Positions 9,260-19,713 of a DNA stretch of 64,000 bases are shown here, piece by piece (position 1 is the stretch's first letter; every line of letters begins with the position of its first letter). The position numbers and the translations under genes were made by a program. Below the pieces are notes generated by a model, which saw nothing but the letters and a program-made list of their open reading frames with translations, searched no databases and had not been told where the DNA came from. Source of the DNA: Methanocella sp. (GTDB lineage: Archaea; Thermoproteota; Bathyarchaeia; Bathyarchaeales; Bathycorpusculaceae); the NCBI GenBank assembly GCA_050261115.1, contig JBLNCY010000006.1, positions 1 through 64,000 on the forward strand. Reading direction: 5' to 3'.

Positions 9260-10102
9260 CTAAGACGATAGAGCACTCCTTTTGATACCCTTAGAGCGAC
9301 CCCAGGTCAACTCAAAATACTCTTCAATCAACCCCACAATACAATGATTATTTACATACAAACTAGGTTTTCCGCGAGGCGAAAGCGAGGGAGTCATACT
9401 AAGAAGCGCCTTTTTCCCATCGGCAATGGATATAGTCGCCTTAGGCGGCGTGGAAACTTTTCTTATCTCAAAAAGAGGATACTTACATAGACACATAACC
9501 TGTCTGGGCAGCCGCTCGTTGTTTTTTAGAAAAACGATCACTCGGAGTTTTATTCCCTTGTCTAGAAGCTTGGTCCATATGGAGACGACATCGTCGGTTT
9601 GATCCTTAAAGTCTGACCAGTAAACCAAGACGTCCATGGCTTTCCTGTTAGAATTTACCATCTCAGCGGCTTTATGCCTAGTTAGGAACCCGTCAGGAAG
9701 CAGAACAAATTCCGAAGTATCATCGGTGATGTCGGAGTTGACTCGTTTGTAGCGTTCCAGCATTTCTTGGGTTCTTACGGTGATTTCTTTGTGCTCTTTT
9801 TCTCTTTGGTCAAGGAGCATCTTTGCGCCTTCAGCCACGGGTAGAGCTCTAAAAACGGTAGGGGTTGAGAGGATTTTCTCGACCAAATTAAGATTCATTA
9901 GGCTAGTTATTACTCGGTGTACGTTTGCGCGGTCTATGTCGGAGGTTAAAGCGAGATTTTTTAGTGTTGCTTTACCCATTCTTGCTAGGGTAAGGTATAC
10001 CTCTGCTTGTAATTCGGTTAAGCCTAGTCTCATTAGAAGCTGGGTATCTTCATTGAGATTACAGATCATTAACTCTAAGTTAACACTGGAATTATATAAC
10101 AC
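9260..10102 (-). CDS. TrmB-family transcriptional regulator
   Basis: LGLTELQAEVYLTL..G N-terminal wHTH plus C-terminal effector domain (IADGKKAL...YFELTW). Confidence 0.88.
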   Translation of the reverse strand: MLYNSSVNLELMICNLNEDTQLLMRLGLTELQAEVYLTLARMGKATLKNLALTSDIDRANVHRVITSLMNLNLVEKILSTPTVFRALPVAEGAKMLLDQREKEHKEITVRTQEMLERYKRVNSDITDDTSEFVLLPDGFLTRHKAAEMVNSNRKAMDVLVYWSDFKDQTDDVVSIWTKLLDKGIKLRVIVFLKNNERLPRQVMCLCKYPLFEIRKVSTPPKATISIADGKKALLSMTPSLSPRGKPSLYVNNHCIVGLIEEYFELTWGRSKGIKRSALSS

Positions 10103-10156
10103 TTGACAACAGCAAAGGCCTCAACCGCAAAACGCCCAAAAGCTATTGGTTCGGTT

Positions 10157-10177
10157 GCAAAAAGAAAGAAGGGAGAA
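10157..10177 (-). terminator. oligo-pyrimidine terminator-like tract after TPP enzyme gene
   Basis: Minus strand TTCTCCCTTCTTTCTTTTTGC directly after the stop. Confidence 0.45.
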
Positions 10178-11902
10178 TTACATATTCTCAAGGCGAGCAG
10201 AAAAGTTCTTGAGCCCTTGAACAAACGGCGCAAGCGGCGGCACTTCATCAGCAATGATGCAGTCAATGACCGCAGGCTTATTCTCTTCGATAACTTTGGG
10301 CAGCAACGCTTCTAGTTCACCTGGACGCTCTATAGTGTAGCCTTTTGCGCCTAAGCCCTCGGCTACTTTAGCGGCATCAATCCGCTTAAATCGAGTAGTA
10401 ACCGTTTTTTCACCTAGGTTTAGCCGCTGGAACTCATGAACCAAGCCGAGTTTAGCGTTGTTCTGCACTATCCACACAACAGGCAGGTCATAACTTACGG
10501 CGGTTTGGATTTCCATACCGTTCATGAGGAAGCAGCCATCGCCGACCACTGAAACGACTGGACGATCGGGAGCGGCAAGTTTACCACCTATTGCAGCGGC
10601 GGTCGAGTAACCCATGGTTAGCAGCCCGAATGGGCAGATAAACGAGTCGGGGGTCCGCGCTTGCATATAGTGGATAGCCCAACACATCGGGTTACCAGTA
10701 TCGACGAATAGTATTGCATCTTTGGGTAAAGCACGCTCAAGCTCTTTGAACATACGTTGGGGCAGTATGGGCACAGCGTTTGATTCCATTTTTTCTGGGC
10801 CTACGCATATACCGACTTCACGGCGGATTCTTGCAACCCGCTCAACTCCGTTGCTCTTGGGTTTGTGGTCTTCGACTACATAGCGCATGATGCGGAATGA
10901 GATTTCGTTAATGATCGTTCGAGCGTCGCCGATGAGTGCGATGTCAGTTTTGTAATTTTTACCGATGTCGGTACCGTCGATATTTATGTGGATTAGGCAT
11001 TTGGTTGGCGCGAGACGTGGATCCCAGGAGCTAGTTGTCATTTGGTTAAGGCTTGAGCCGATTACTAGTAGTACGTCGGTTTGGCCTTCTGTTAAGCACC
11101 GTTCCGCAACAGGGGAACCGCAGAATCCAAGCACACCCAACGAAAGCGGGTGATCCTCCGGGAAGGCCCCTTTTGCTTTGGGGGAAGTAGCGACTGGGAT
11201 GCAGAGGGTTTCGGCTAAGTCACGGATTTCTTCTGTTGCTTTGGATGCTACTGCGCCACTGCCAATCAAGATAACGGGGTTTTGGGCGTTAACAAGCTGC
11301 TCAGCGGCTTCGATTACTAGGCGGCGGTCAAAATATTCGCTTGGCGGACGATAGGAAGTGGAGATTGGGAGTTCTGCTTCTATCTCTTCAGCCATAATGT
11401 CCTTAGGCAAACTCAAGTGGACAGGGCCTTTTTTCCCTGTCAAAGCTGCCCGAAGAGCTACTCGAATTTCCTCGTCGACCCGGTACTTAGAGATAACCAT
11501 GGAGCTGAATTTGGTGATGGGGTCAAACATTAAGACCGAGTCAACACCGTTCTTGGTGGAATCTTGGAATGCGCCGCCACCGGATATCGAGGTTGCCACT
11601 TGACCGGTGAGGACCATTACGGGGATGTTATCGAGGTATGAGGTTGCGACGCCTGTTATGAGATTGGTTGCACCTGGGCCTGAGGTTGCAAAGCATACGC
11701 CTAGGGTGCCTTTGACGCGTGCGTAACCGTCAGCCATGAATGCTGCGCCTTCTTCGTGTTTGGCGAGGATGGGTTTAATCTTAGTTTGCCGGTTACATGC
11801 CTCAAAAAGGGGCAGTAAACTGAGCCCTGGAACGCCGAAGATGTATTCGACGCCCTCGTTTTCTAGATACTTTAGTAGTAGATCAGCGCTTGTTATTTTC
11901 AT
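10178..11902 (-). CDS. TPP-dependent enzyme, acetolactate-synthase large-subunit-like
   Basis: HEEGAAFMADGYAR, TSGPGATN, GDGCFLMN...QNN TPP motif; no ilvH/ilvC nearby. Confidence 0.9.
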   Translation of the reverse strand: MKITSADLLLKYLENEGVEYIFGVPGLSLLPLFEACNRQTKIKPILAKHEEGAAFMADGYARVKGTLGVCFATSGPGATNLITGVATSYLDNIPVMVLTGQVATSISGGGAFQDSTKNGVDSVLMFDPITKFSSMVISKYRVDEEIRVALRAALTGKKGPVHLSLPKDIMAEEIEAELPISTSYRPPSEYFDRRLVIEAAEQLVNAQNPVILIGSGAVASKATEEIRDLAETLCIPVATSPKAKGAFPEDHPLSLGVLGFCGSPVAERCLTEGQTDVLLVIGSSLNQMTTSSWDPRLAPTKCLIHINIDGTDIGKNYKTDIALIGDARTIINEISFRIMRYVVEDHKPKSNGVERVARIRREVGICVGPEKMESNAVPILPQRMFKELERALPKDAILFVDTGNPMCWAIHYMQARTPDSFICPFGLLTMGYSTAAAIGGKLAAPDRPVVSVVGDGCFLMNGMEIQTAVSYDLPVVWIVQNNAKLGLVHEFQRLNLGEKTVTTRFKRIDAAKVAEGLGAKGYTIERPGELEALLPKVIEENKPAVIDCIIADEVPPLAPFVQGLKNFSARLENM

Positions 11903-11911
11903 CGAATCAGC

Positions 11912-12253
11912 CTATGTTAACGCTTTCACTGCTTCCTCGACTGTGGGGTAGATTTGGAAGATGCGGTTTAACCCCGATATTTCAAAGACTTCCATAACAT
12001 ATGGCTTAACGTTGCAGAGCACCATCTTGCCGCCTGCACGCGACAAGCCCTTAGATGCCGTTAACAGTACACGTAGTCCTGCACTGGCAAGGTACTCCGT
12101 TTGGCTAAAGTCACATGCAATTTTTTTTGTGCCCTCAGACACCAGACGGTTTAATTCTACCTCAACTTGACTTGCGGTGTAGGCGTCAAACCTTCGTAGG
12201 ATACCAACAATTTTTGCGTCGCCAACAGTTTTAACTTCAATACTGCTCATCAC
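11912..12253 (-). CDS. STAS-domain anti-sigma-factor antagonist (RsbV/SpoIIAA-like)
   Basis: DFSQTEYLASAGLRVLL (phospho-Ser position retained), VFEISGL..IF.I. Confidence 0.92.
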   Translation of the reverse strand: MMSSIEVKTVGDAKIVGILRRFDAYTASQVEVELNRLVSEGTKKIACDFSQTEYLASAGLRVLLTASKGLSRAGGKMVLCNVKPYVMEVFEISGLNRIFQIYPTVEEAVKALT

Positions 12254-12259
12254 AAAACC

Positions 12260-12691
12260 TCATTTTAGGATTTTAGTCATCGTTAACTCGTTTTCCATAC
12301 CACGGGAGGCGTATTTAACGGTTTGCATGTAGCGTTTCATAAAGAAAATCCCCAAGCCCCCGACCTTGCGGTCCTCTAAGGCGGCATCTACGTTGGGATT
12401 CTGCACCTGTTGGGGGTCAAAGGGGATGCCGCTATCTCTTAGCTGCACAGTGAACTCTTTGGGAGCAGTTAACTTACAGCGTATAGTGATTTGTCCGCCA
12501 GATTGTCCTGTGTAGGCATGCTCAATTATGTTGGTTAAGGCTTCATCTACAGCCAATTGTACGTCAAATATGTCCTTGTCGATGGCGCCAAGCTGCCGCA
12601 TTATTTTTGCTAAGAAGGCGCTTGCTACTTCGAGATTTCTAAGGTCACTGTCCATTTTTAGCTCTGACCAACCATCGTTACTCATACACAC
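12260..12691 (-). CDS. RsbW/SpoIIAB-like serine kinase (GHKL ATPase fold)
   Basis: LAVDEALTNIIEHAY N-box, DSG..FDP, GGLGIFFM. Confidence 0.92.
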   Translation of the reverse strand: MCMSNDGWSELKMDSDLRNLEVASAFLAKIMRQLGAIDKDIFDVQLAVDEALTNIIEHAYTGQSGGQITIRCKLTAPKEFTVQLRDSGIPFDPQQVQNPNVDAALEDRKVGGLGIFFMKRYMQTVKYASRGMENELTMTKILK

Positions 12692-12700
12692 TTCGCCTCT

Positions 12701-14839
12701 CTAAGTTACCTTCAATATCATTAAGGTGATGTCGTCAAATTGCGGTTGACCGCCAGCATGTGCTGTCACGGCGTCTTGGATTCTGCGCAGAATCTCTTTG
12801 GCGGATAAGCCTCGATTTTCCTCAACAATGGCAAGGAGCCGCTGCTGACCGAATTGTTCCTCTGCAGAGTTGATGGCTTCGGTGACGCCGTCAGTGTAGA
12901 GGATGACTATGTCGCCGCTTTCCAGCTGCAACTCTGCCTCTTCTAACTTGACACCATCAATTATGCCCAAGGCGATTCCTTCCGCTTTAAGCAGCGCCGT
13001 GCCGCCTGCTGGATGCTTTAGCAGTGGCGGGTTATGACCTGCGTTAACATATCGAAGGCGCCGTTTTTTAGCATCCAATATAGCGTAGAAGAGGGTGACA
13101 AACATGCCTGATTTTGCGTCTGCACATATCAAGTCGTTGGCTTTTTCGATGGCGTCGCCAACTTTTGGGTTGCCTGTAGCGCTTGCACGTACCAATGTGC
13201 GGGACAGGGCCATGAAGAGGGCGGCGGGTACACCTTTGCCAGATACGTCAGCTATGGTTAGGCCCCATTGATCGGCGGATATGGGGATGAAGTCGTAAAA
13301 GTCTCCACCGACTTCTTTTGCGGGAATGTTTGAGGCAGCAATCTCAAAGCCAGGTATGTCGGGTTCCTTTTCGGGGAGGAAGCTTTGTTGGATACCTTTG
13401 GCGATTTCAAGTTCCTTTATTAGGCGCTCTTTTTCTGCGGTTGTGCGTTTTAGTTCTGCCATTTGATCCTGCAAGTCTGTAGTCATCTTGTTGAAGGACA
13501 CAGCTAAGGCCTCAAGCTCGTCACCGGAGTTGACTTTGACTCGGGAATTTAGGTCGCCTGCGCCGATTGCCTTTGCACCCCGCATCAGACTCATAATGGG
13601 GTTAACTATCATTCTGGATAGCAAGTAGGAGACTATGGCAACAAGAATTATGATGACTACAAACATGGTGATGAAGTAGTTTCGAATGGTTTGGGTTTGG
13701 GCATCAACGTATGCACCCGCCATGTCTACGGTACTTGCTATTTTGCCCTGCGTAACTAATGCGGGCTCTATAATGGTACTTACAGGTAAAACTATGGCTA
13801 GACTCCAGCCAGTAACCCCAAGCGGCGCATACGCAACATAGTTGTCGCTACCACTGATGGTACACATGGTTACGCCTGTTTTGCCCGCCTTCATGTCTCG
13901 GGCTATGCCGCCAAAAGTGGTATTTTCAAGAGACAGGTCGGAGCTCTCGATAAACTCGTTTGACGGCTCCTCGTCTCCGCCTACAGAATGCGTGATCATG
14001 TTGCCTTTATTGTCTAGGATGAAGGTATATCCGCCTAGTTGCTCTATCTGTGTGTTAACTACATTGCGATTTAGAGAAGCTATAGTTACATCTAAACCGA
14101 TAACCCAATAGAACCCATGTGTCGAGGAACGTATGGCAGTGGAGCAAGTTATCATTAAACCGTAGCCGCTAGCGTCAAGGTAGGGTTCTGACCAATAAAC
14201 AGAGCCTTCCCTGGCGTTCTTATACCAAGCTCGTTCTCGGGGATCAAAAGAGGAGCCGATGCCGTCGGTCCAAGGGTAAATCTGGGCAACACCCGATTTA
14301 GTCGTAACATACGCCTGCGTTATCAGGGGATCGCTGTTGTAGATTGCGGCAAAGGCGTCTTGTATGTTACTGGTGTAGTTTAATTCTGCTTCTACATCCC
14401 TAAAGTTCACGTTTGGGGCTAGGTAGTAGACTGATGTGGCTTTGGGGTTTGGGGGGGTTTGGTTTTGAGCAAACAATCCCTCTTGGGGTACAGATGAGCG
14501 CGCTAAGAGTTGAGAAGCTAAGTACCGGATGGTCATTAGTTCGGATTCTACCTGTTTAAAGACGGCGTTACTTATCTCCGCCTGGTCTACCGCTAGACTA
14601 TGCAGGTAATGCTCGGCTTGGCTCTCTAATGCGACGGTGCTGTCGTTTACTGCGCTGTCGCCTAAAGCCCGGCTGCTCTGCATTGAATAAGCATTCAACT
14701 CGTTTATACCGTTAAAGGCTATGAATCCAAGCAGTATTAGTGAAATAAGCGATATGCCTAGAAAAGCGGTCAGCACCTTCGTTTTTATGCTTAATCCACG
14801 GAGCCTCGTGTGCTTAGTCATAGCTTGCTTTCCTAGCAA
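12701..14839 (-). CDS. membrane sensor phosphatase: TM-Cache-TM-HAMP-SpoIIE/PP2C (RsbU-like)
   Basis: FDPRERAWY and WSEPYLDA Cache motifs, DELEALAVSFNKM HAMP, VGGDFYDF, ADVSGKG, NAGHNPP, YTDGVTEA, DDITL. Confidence 0.93.
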   Translation of the reverse strand: MLGKQAMTKHTRLRGLSIKTKVLTAFLGISLISLILLGFIAFNGINELNAYSMQSSRALGDSAVNDSTVALESQAEHYLHSLAVDQAEISNAVFKQVESELMTIRYLASQLLARSSVPQEGLFAQNQTPPNPKATSVYYLAPNVNFRDVEAELNYTSNIQDAFAAIYNSDPLITQAYVTTKSGVAQIYPWTDGIGSSFDPRERAWYKNAREGSVYWSEPYLDASGYGLMITCSTAIRSSTHGFYWVIGLDVTIASLNRNVVNTQIEQLGGYTFILDNKGNMITHSVGGDEEPSNEFIESSDLSLENTTFGGIARDMKAGKTGVTMCTISGSDNYVAYAPLGVTGWSLAIVLPVSTIIEPALVTQGKIASTVDMAGAYVDAQTQTIRNYFITMFVVIIILVAIVSYLLSRMIVNPIMSLMRGAKAIGAGDLNSRVKVNSGDELEALAVSFNKMTTDLQDQMAELKRTTAEKERLIKELEIAKGIQQSFLPEKEPDIPGFEIAASNIPAKEVGGDFYDFIPISADQWGLTIADVSGKGVPAALFMALSRTLVRASATGNPKVGDAIEKANDLICADAKSGMFVTLFYAILDAKKRRLRYVNAGHNPPLLKHPAGGTALLKAEGIALGIIDGVKLEEAELQLESGDIVILYTDGVTEAINSAEEQFGQQRLLAIVEENRGLSAKEILRRIQDAVTAHAGGQPQFDDITLMILKVT

Positions 14840-15131
14840 GTCAATGCTTAGCCGAGATATTTTTAGTTATGCATATAATGCATAGATCAAACTCATTTGG
14901 AACATGTTTTCTGCTGACTGCTTTTGGCTCTGCAAGCAGATGTGCAGTAAATGGGTTGGCTGAAAAGAGGAGTTTGCTGAGGCTCTGGATTTTTTTCAGG
15001 AGAAAAGAAATGCAAAAATCGCGGCCCTTCTGCTCGCAACTTTGTAATTGTTCCAGAGCCTTCTCAGCCATTGCATTTCTTTCTGCCAGTTTGGGACTAA
15101 AAAAGGGAGAGGGGGATGTTTGTGGTTTGTG

Positions 15132-17621
15132 TTATGGTCGTTTTCTGAGGGATAGGATGATGACTAAACCGACGAGGACAATTGCTATGATGATGGCGAT
15201 GACTGCCGGGATGAAGTATAGTTCAACTATGCTTGCGTCTGTAGCGGGCGTTGGTGTTGGTGTTGCTGCTGTGTCGTCTACTGCTATGGCGGTTATGGAG
15301 TGTGAGCCCCAGAACGATTTAGACCCCGCGAATGTGGCTATGATCCTGTATTCTCCTGGAACTTCGGGGACAAATGAGGCACTGTAGAATCCGTCTACAT
15401 CGCTTGTGGCTGTTCCGACAACATAGTTGTTGCCGTTGGGGTCAATGACTGATATGGTTACGGGTACACCGGTTGTGTCTGTGGGTTTTGGATACTGCAT
15501 GTAGACGTATTGCATAAAGTCAGTCATGCTCTCATCTGAGACTGCTGGGACACCGTTGGGGAAGCGCACTGCAACGTCATAATCCTCTGTGCCTGGTGCA
15601 AGATCGGTTACATAGCCCTCAACTAGGATGCGCTCGCCAAGTGTGGAGGTCTTAGGTCCTGCCTCAACTGAGATTGCACTTGGTCCTTTGCCGAAGGAAT
15701 AGATGCGGTTGTCATAGCCTGCGTTAAGTCCTGCCATTATGCTGTCGCCGATGACGCATGTTCCGCCCCACCAAACGCCAAACCAGCTGATTCGCCAGAT
15801 TTCTTCGCCGGTTGTTGCGTTAAGGCAAACCAAGGGTGCGCCTCTTGCACTTAGGTTGGGGGAGTGCTCAGCATAGGATAGGTAGATTTTGCCGTCGGTT
15901 GCGAAGTGGAACATTGTCGGGAAGTTTTCGCTCCAGAGGATTTCTGAGTAGGGGTCTGAGCAGTTGTAGTTCCAGAGCTGCTTGCCAGTTTGGATATCAT
16001 AGGCTATTGTTTGTCCGCTCATACGTTCGCTTAGGAACATGCCGTATGCGTGCATCGGGCCATACCATTTGTCGTAGAATTGCAGGTAGGATTCGGGTTC
16101 AGTTGCCCACTTGTAATTGCCGTTATCTAAGTCAAAGCCGTAGAAGCGCCGATCCTCTTTGCATGAGATGATGAATACGCGGTCCTCAAAGCTTACGTCG
16201 CTCCAGACCCAAGCGCATTCTTCGGTGCCTGTCGGTACTGTCCAAGTTTTGTTAAAGATTAGTCTTCCTGCGTCTTCGTTTTTGGTGCTGATTGCCCAGG
16301 AGGTGATGGTTGAGCCGCTATAGCTTGGGAAGGCGGAGGATTGTGAGCCGAGAATGCAGTCTTCAACTTCTGCGTGGCAGACTGAGCCGGGTAAGCCTTT
16401 AGGTATGGTTACGTTCCATTGTATGCCTCTTGAAGCATCAAATACTTGGCCGGGTACATCCCAGCTACCGTCACCTACTGACATTGCTGTTTGTGGGTTT
16501 GTGGCTCTGCTAGAGTTCCACATGGTCATCCAGCCAGCTTGCTGGTTAACTTGGTAGCGGATGATTTCGCCTCTTGGTCCGTAGTAGTTAAAGTTGGGGT
16601 TTGCTGAGGTCATGTTTTCGATGCTGTATACCCATCTTCCAGTGAGGGCGTCGTATGCTTTCCAGGTTGTGCCAGTTACTGTCCATAGGTATGCAAATGC
16701 ACCGTAGTAGTTGAAGCCTTGGAAGTTGTAGACTTGGCCGAAAGCTAGTCTTTCATTATTCCAGTTTCTAACCCAGAATTGCTCGCCAGTCTTTAGGTCA
16801 ACTGCAATAACGTTCTGCTCGACCGATTGTCCCCCTGTGGCTTGGAATTGGTTGTAGTACATGATGCCGTTGATTACAACTGTGCCATCGAATTTGCCGA
16901 CGTATGCGTCGCCCATCTCAAAACCCATTTCGCCCTGTTCGCCGCCCGTCATGCCGCCCATGGCGTATGGAGTGGTCCAGAGTATGTGGGCTGTTTCGGG
17001 TGCATCCGCGTTGCCTTCACGAAACTTTGGGATTGGTGGCATGGTGTAGCTGCCTACTGGGCGTAACCAGTTGCCGGTTAGGGGTACCCATTCGTAGAAT
17101 TGTGCGTTGATTGGTCTGTTCCAGTATTCCGTTGGTAGGGGGAATGGTGGGAAGTAGGGGATAGGTTCTTCTTGGACGACTAGGGTGTACCATTCGCTTT
17201 CGCTTGCTGCATAGGTTCTTTCTACTGCGGGGAACGTGAAGGCTGGGACCATTTTCTGTTCTGGGAAGTGTGTTTTGAATTGGTATGTGCCTACTTTGTC
17301 GGGGATGAAGATGTCGCCTGTGCCGCCCGTTGAGTCAGTGTCGTAGGGGCCTAGGGTGCGGGTTTGGTTGTCTGGGTCGATGACTGTTACGGTTAGGCCT
17401 TTCCATTTCCAGTAGGTGCCGTTGGTGGCTTCGGATATGCCGATGTGTAGCAGTGTTTCTTGGCCTACACCGACTGGGTTTGGGGTAGCGGAGATGAATG
17501 CGTAGGTTGGTTTTGGCTTCGGGGTAGCTTGTGCGTCAGCTGTCTGTATCAATGGTATTACTGAACTGACTAATGCCAGTATCAGTATCATTGATAGAAT
17601 TTTTTTACTTATGTTTTGCAT
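15132..17621 (-). CDS. membrane-anchored PQQ-like beta-propeller surface protein (paralog 2)
   Basis: Same architecture and motifs (PNPVGVGQ, LPTEYW.RPI, RFPNGVPAVSDES, C-terminal TM + RKRP). Confidence 0.85.
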   Translation of the reverse strand: MQNISKKILSMILILALVSSVIPLIQTADAQATPKPKPTYAFISATPNPVGVGQETLLHIGISEATNGTYWKWKGLTVTVIDPDNQTRTLGPYDTDSTGGTGDIFIPDKVGTYQFKTHFPEQKMVPAFTFPAVERTYAASESEWYTLVVQEEPIPYFPPFPLPTEYWNRPINAQFYEWVPLTGNWLRPVGSYTMPPIPKFREGNADAPETAHILWTTPYAMGGMTGGEQGEMGFEMGDAYVGKFDGTVVINGIMYYNQFQATGGQSVEQNVIAVDLKTGEQFWVRNWNNERLAFGQVYNFQGFNYYGAFAYLWTVTGTTWKAYDALTGRWVYSIENMTSANPNFNYYGPRGEIIRYQVNQQAGWMTMWNSSRATNPQTAMSVGDGSWDVPGQVFDASRGIQWNVTIPKGLPGSVCHAEVEDCILGSQSSAFPSYSGSTITSWAISTKNEDAGRLIFNKTWTVPTGTEECAWVWSDVSFEDRVFIISCKEDRRFYGFDLDNGNYKWATEPESYLQFYDKWYGPMHAYGMFLSERMSGQTIAYDIQTGKQLWNYNCSDPYSEILWSENFPTMFHFATDGKIYLSYAEHSPNLSARGAPLVCLNATTGEEIWRISWFGVWWGGTCVIGDSIMAGLNAGYDNRIYSFGKGPSAISVEAGPKTSTLGERILVEGYVTDLAPGTEDYDVAVRFPNGVPAVSDESMTDFMQYVYMQYPKPTDTTGVPVTISVIDPNGNNYVVGTATSDVDGFYSASFVPEVPGEYRIIATFAGSKSFWGSHSITAIAVDDTAATPTPTPATDASIVELYFIPAVIAIIIAIVLVGLVIILSLRKRP

Positions 17622-17842
17622 TTTTTATTCTCCAATTTGGGATACAGTTGAGTTTGCTTTGAACCGTTTATAATACTTTTCAAAGCAACGCTTGTTCATG
17701 CATTATTATTAATAAAAAAAGGAACTACGCTAACAAAAGTGCAAGCTACTACGCCGTCATACGCACTTTCATTATATAAAAAATACTTACCACTTAATGA
17801 TAAGTAAAAATTTAAATCAGCAGGCAACCATTAGATGCCCAA

Positions 17843-18325
17843 ATGAGCCCTCCCGCACCAGTCCAAATAGACGCCACAGACAAAAAAATCCTAAACATCC
17901 TAATCCAAGACGCCCGAACAAGCCTAAAAGACATCGCCAAAGAATGCAACCTCTCAGCCGTATCCGTCATGAACCGCATCAAACGGTTAAAAAAAGAAGG
18001 CGTCATAACAGGCGCAACACTCTTCCCCATACTCGCACCACTTGGCTTCACCATAGTTGCAACAATAGGAATGGAAACCGACTCAAAAGTTGACGAAATC
18101 CTAAGGTACCTAAAAGATCACATGTACCTCATCGAACCCTCAATCAGCATTGGAGAATAAGATTTAACAGCAGTCGTATATGCTGAAAACATAACTATCT
18201 TAAACGAACGGGTTGAGGATATCCGTAGACGATTTGGCGTACGCAGAGTAATCGTTAATGTTTGGTCCGGTATACCCTACCTATGTTATGGCAATGTTGA
18301 CTTAACCCCCCTCAAAGAGGAGTAG
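17843..18325 (+). pseudogene. Lrp/AsnC regulator interrupted by in-frame TAA (18158-18160)
   Basis: HTH IDATDKKILNILIQDAR...; reading continues GE*DLTAVVYAENITILNERVEDIRRRFGV...EE* to 18325; the stop replaces the Tyr of a GEYD-type motif. Confidence 0.8.
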
Positions 18326-18327
18326 AC

Positions 18328-18828
18328 ATGGATAGACTTGATTATCTAATACTAAGCGAACTACTAAAAGACGCAGAGGCATCATTCGTTGATATTGCCA
18401 AGAAGGTTGATTCGACCCCTTACACCGTAAGAAGACGCTATGAGAAAATGAAGAAGGAGGGCACAATCTTTGGCTGCATCGCCTCAATTGACCTCTCCAA
18501 GTTAGGTTATCAGGGCAAAGCGGTGCTCTTAATTACGCTTGTACCCAACAGTAACAGGCTAGAAACCATAATGTACCTTAAAAACGTCAGAAACGTTATG
18601 GTTGTCACTGAAACAATGGGGCCTTTTGATATTATGGCAATTGCGCCAATCACCGATTTCAAAAGCATAAAGGATTTAGTGACGGAGGCAAAAAAGGCAC
18701 CTAATGTGCAACGCATAAAGCTGACATGCAACAGCGACGTTAGTTTTCCTATAGGCAGCAATTTCTCTGCGGTGTTAAGTAAAAAGAGCGAATCCCTTGC
18801 CAACATGCCTAAAAAAACGCCACCATAG
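18328..18828 (+). CDS. Lrp/AsnC-family transcriptional regulator
   Basis: MDRLDYLILSELLKDA..SF.DIAKK HTH, GPFDIM in RAM domain. Confidence 0.9.
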   Translation: MDRLDYLILSELLKDAEASFVDIAKKVDSTPYTVRRRYEKMKKEGTIFGCIASIDLSKLGYQGKAVLLITLVPNSNRLETIMYLKNVRNVMVVTETMGPFDIMAIAPITDFKSIKDLVTEAKKAPNVQRIKLTCNSDVSFPIGSNFSAVLSKKSESLANMPKKTPP

Positions 18829-18917
18829 CCAGATTTGATGCTACAAGCGCTGGATGGATTGGTATAACAAGTTATATCTATCCAGAAACAGTCATAGTAG
18901 AGCCAAGTGTCCTGTGG

Positions 18918-19520
18918 ATGAATACAAAAGCAATCGGGCTAGTCATTGCTTTCACGGCACTTGCAGCTGCGCTTAATCTTATAAAAATTCCAGTTGTCTA
19001 CAACCCTTATTTTAATTATCAATTAGGCGACATAATTTTTGTGATTGCCTTTCTGCTTTTTGGCTTAAAAATCGGGTTTGCGGTTGTGGCACTCAATATG
19101 ATGGTTTCTATTGCGATTATGCCTAGCATAATAGGTGTTGTTGGGGGTCCATATTACATGGTTGCAGTTGCAACTATGGTTCTTGGCGTCTACCTATATG
19201 AGAAAACAATCAAGCCCAGAATACGGAGCCGCCAGTTTTTTCTGGCGAAAGCAGCTGCATTATCCACAGCAATCGGTGTGGTTTCACGCACTTTAATTAT
19301 GTTACCGCTAGACTATTTTGCCCTTGGGTTCTTAGTGTCGGTGGTTTCAGGGCTTAGTCTTGCAGAGGCCTACTCGATAGTTTTGTTTTATATGCCCAGC
19401 ATCGTACTATACAACATCATAGTACCCCTCTATGTTATTCCAACAAGTTACTTTACTGCAAACAAAGTAAACAAGCACATGAATTCCCCGCTTTTCGCTG
19501 ACTCGATGCTAAAAAGGTGA
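18918..19520 (+). CDS. ECF-transporter S-component-like membrane protein
   Basis: MNTKAI...FTALA, LGDI...AFLLFG, about six TMs, YNII near C-terminus. Confidence 0.7.
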   Translation: MNTKAIGLVIAFTALAAALNLIKIPVVYNPYFNYQLGDIIFVIAFLLFGLKIGFAVVALNMMVSIAIMPSIIGVVGGPYYMVAVATMVLGVYLYEKTIKPRIRSRQFFLAKAAALSTAIGVVSRTLIMLPLDYFALGFLVSVVSGLSLAEAYSIVLFYMPSIVLYNIIVPLYVIPTSYFTANKVNKHMNSPLFADSMLKR

Positions 19521-19713
19521 TCCGCCTCCAGAGTAAGCATTAACGTTGGCAGATTCTAAGCGGTAGGTGTTAGGGTTTGCTGGGGCTTGGTTTTCTTATA
19601 GAAAGGAAAGAAAATTTACATGGTGATTATAAGTATCGTACCCAAAGAAGCCTCTTAGCCTCTGGCTTGTGCTTAAGCAAAAAAAGAAAGAGAGTGGTTT
19701 TCTCTTTGGTTGT

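Noticed and set aside
10178-11902. Assigning ilvB
   Set aside because: Family motifs fit, but there is no regulatory subunit or branched-chain amino-acid gene context, so the substrate cannot be assigned.
18158-18160. Stop-codon recoding (Pyl/Sec) in the Lrp gene
   Set aside because: The codon is TAA, not TAG or TGA, and TAA ends many genes normally in this window.
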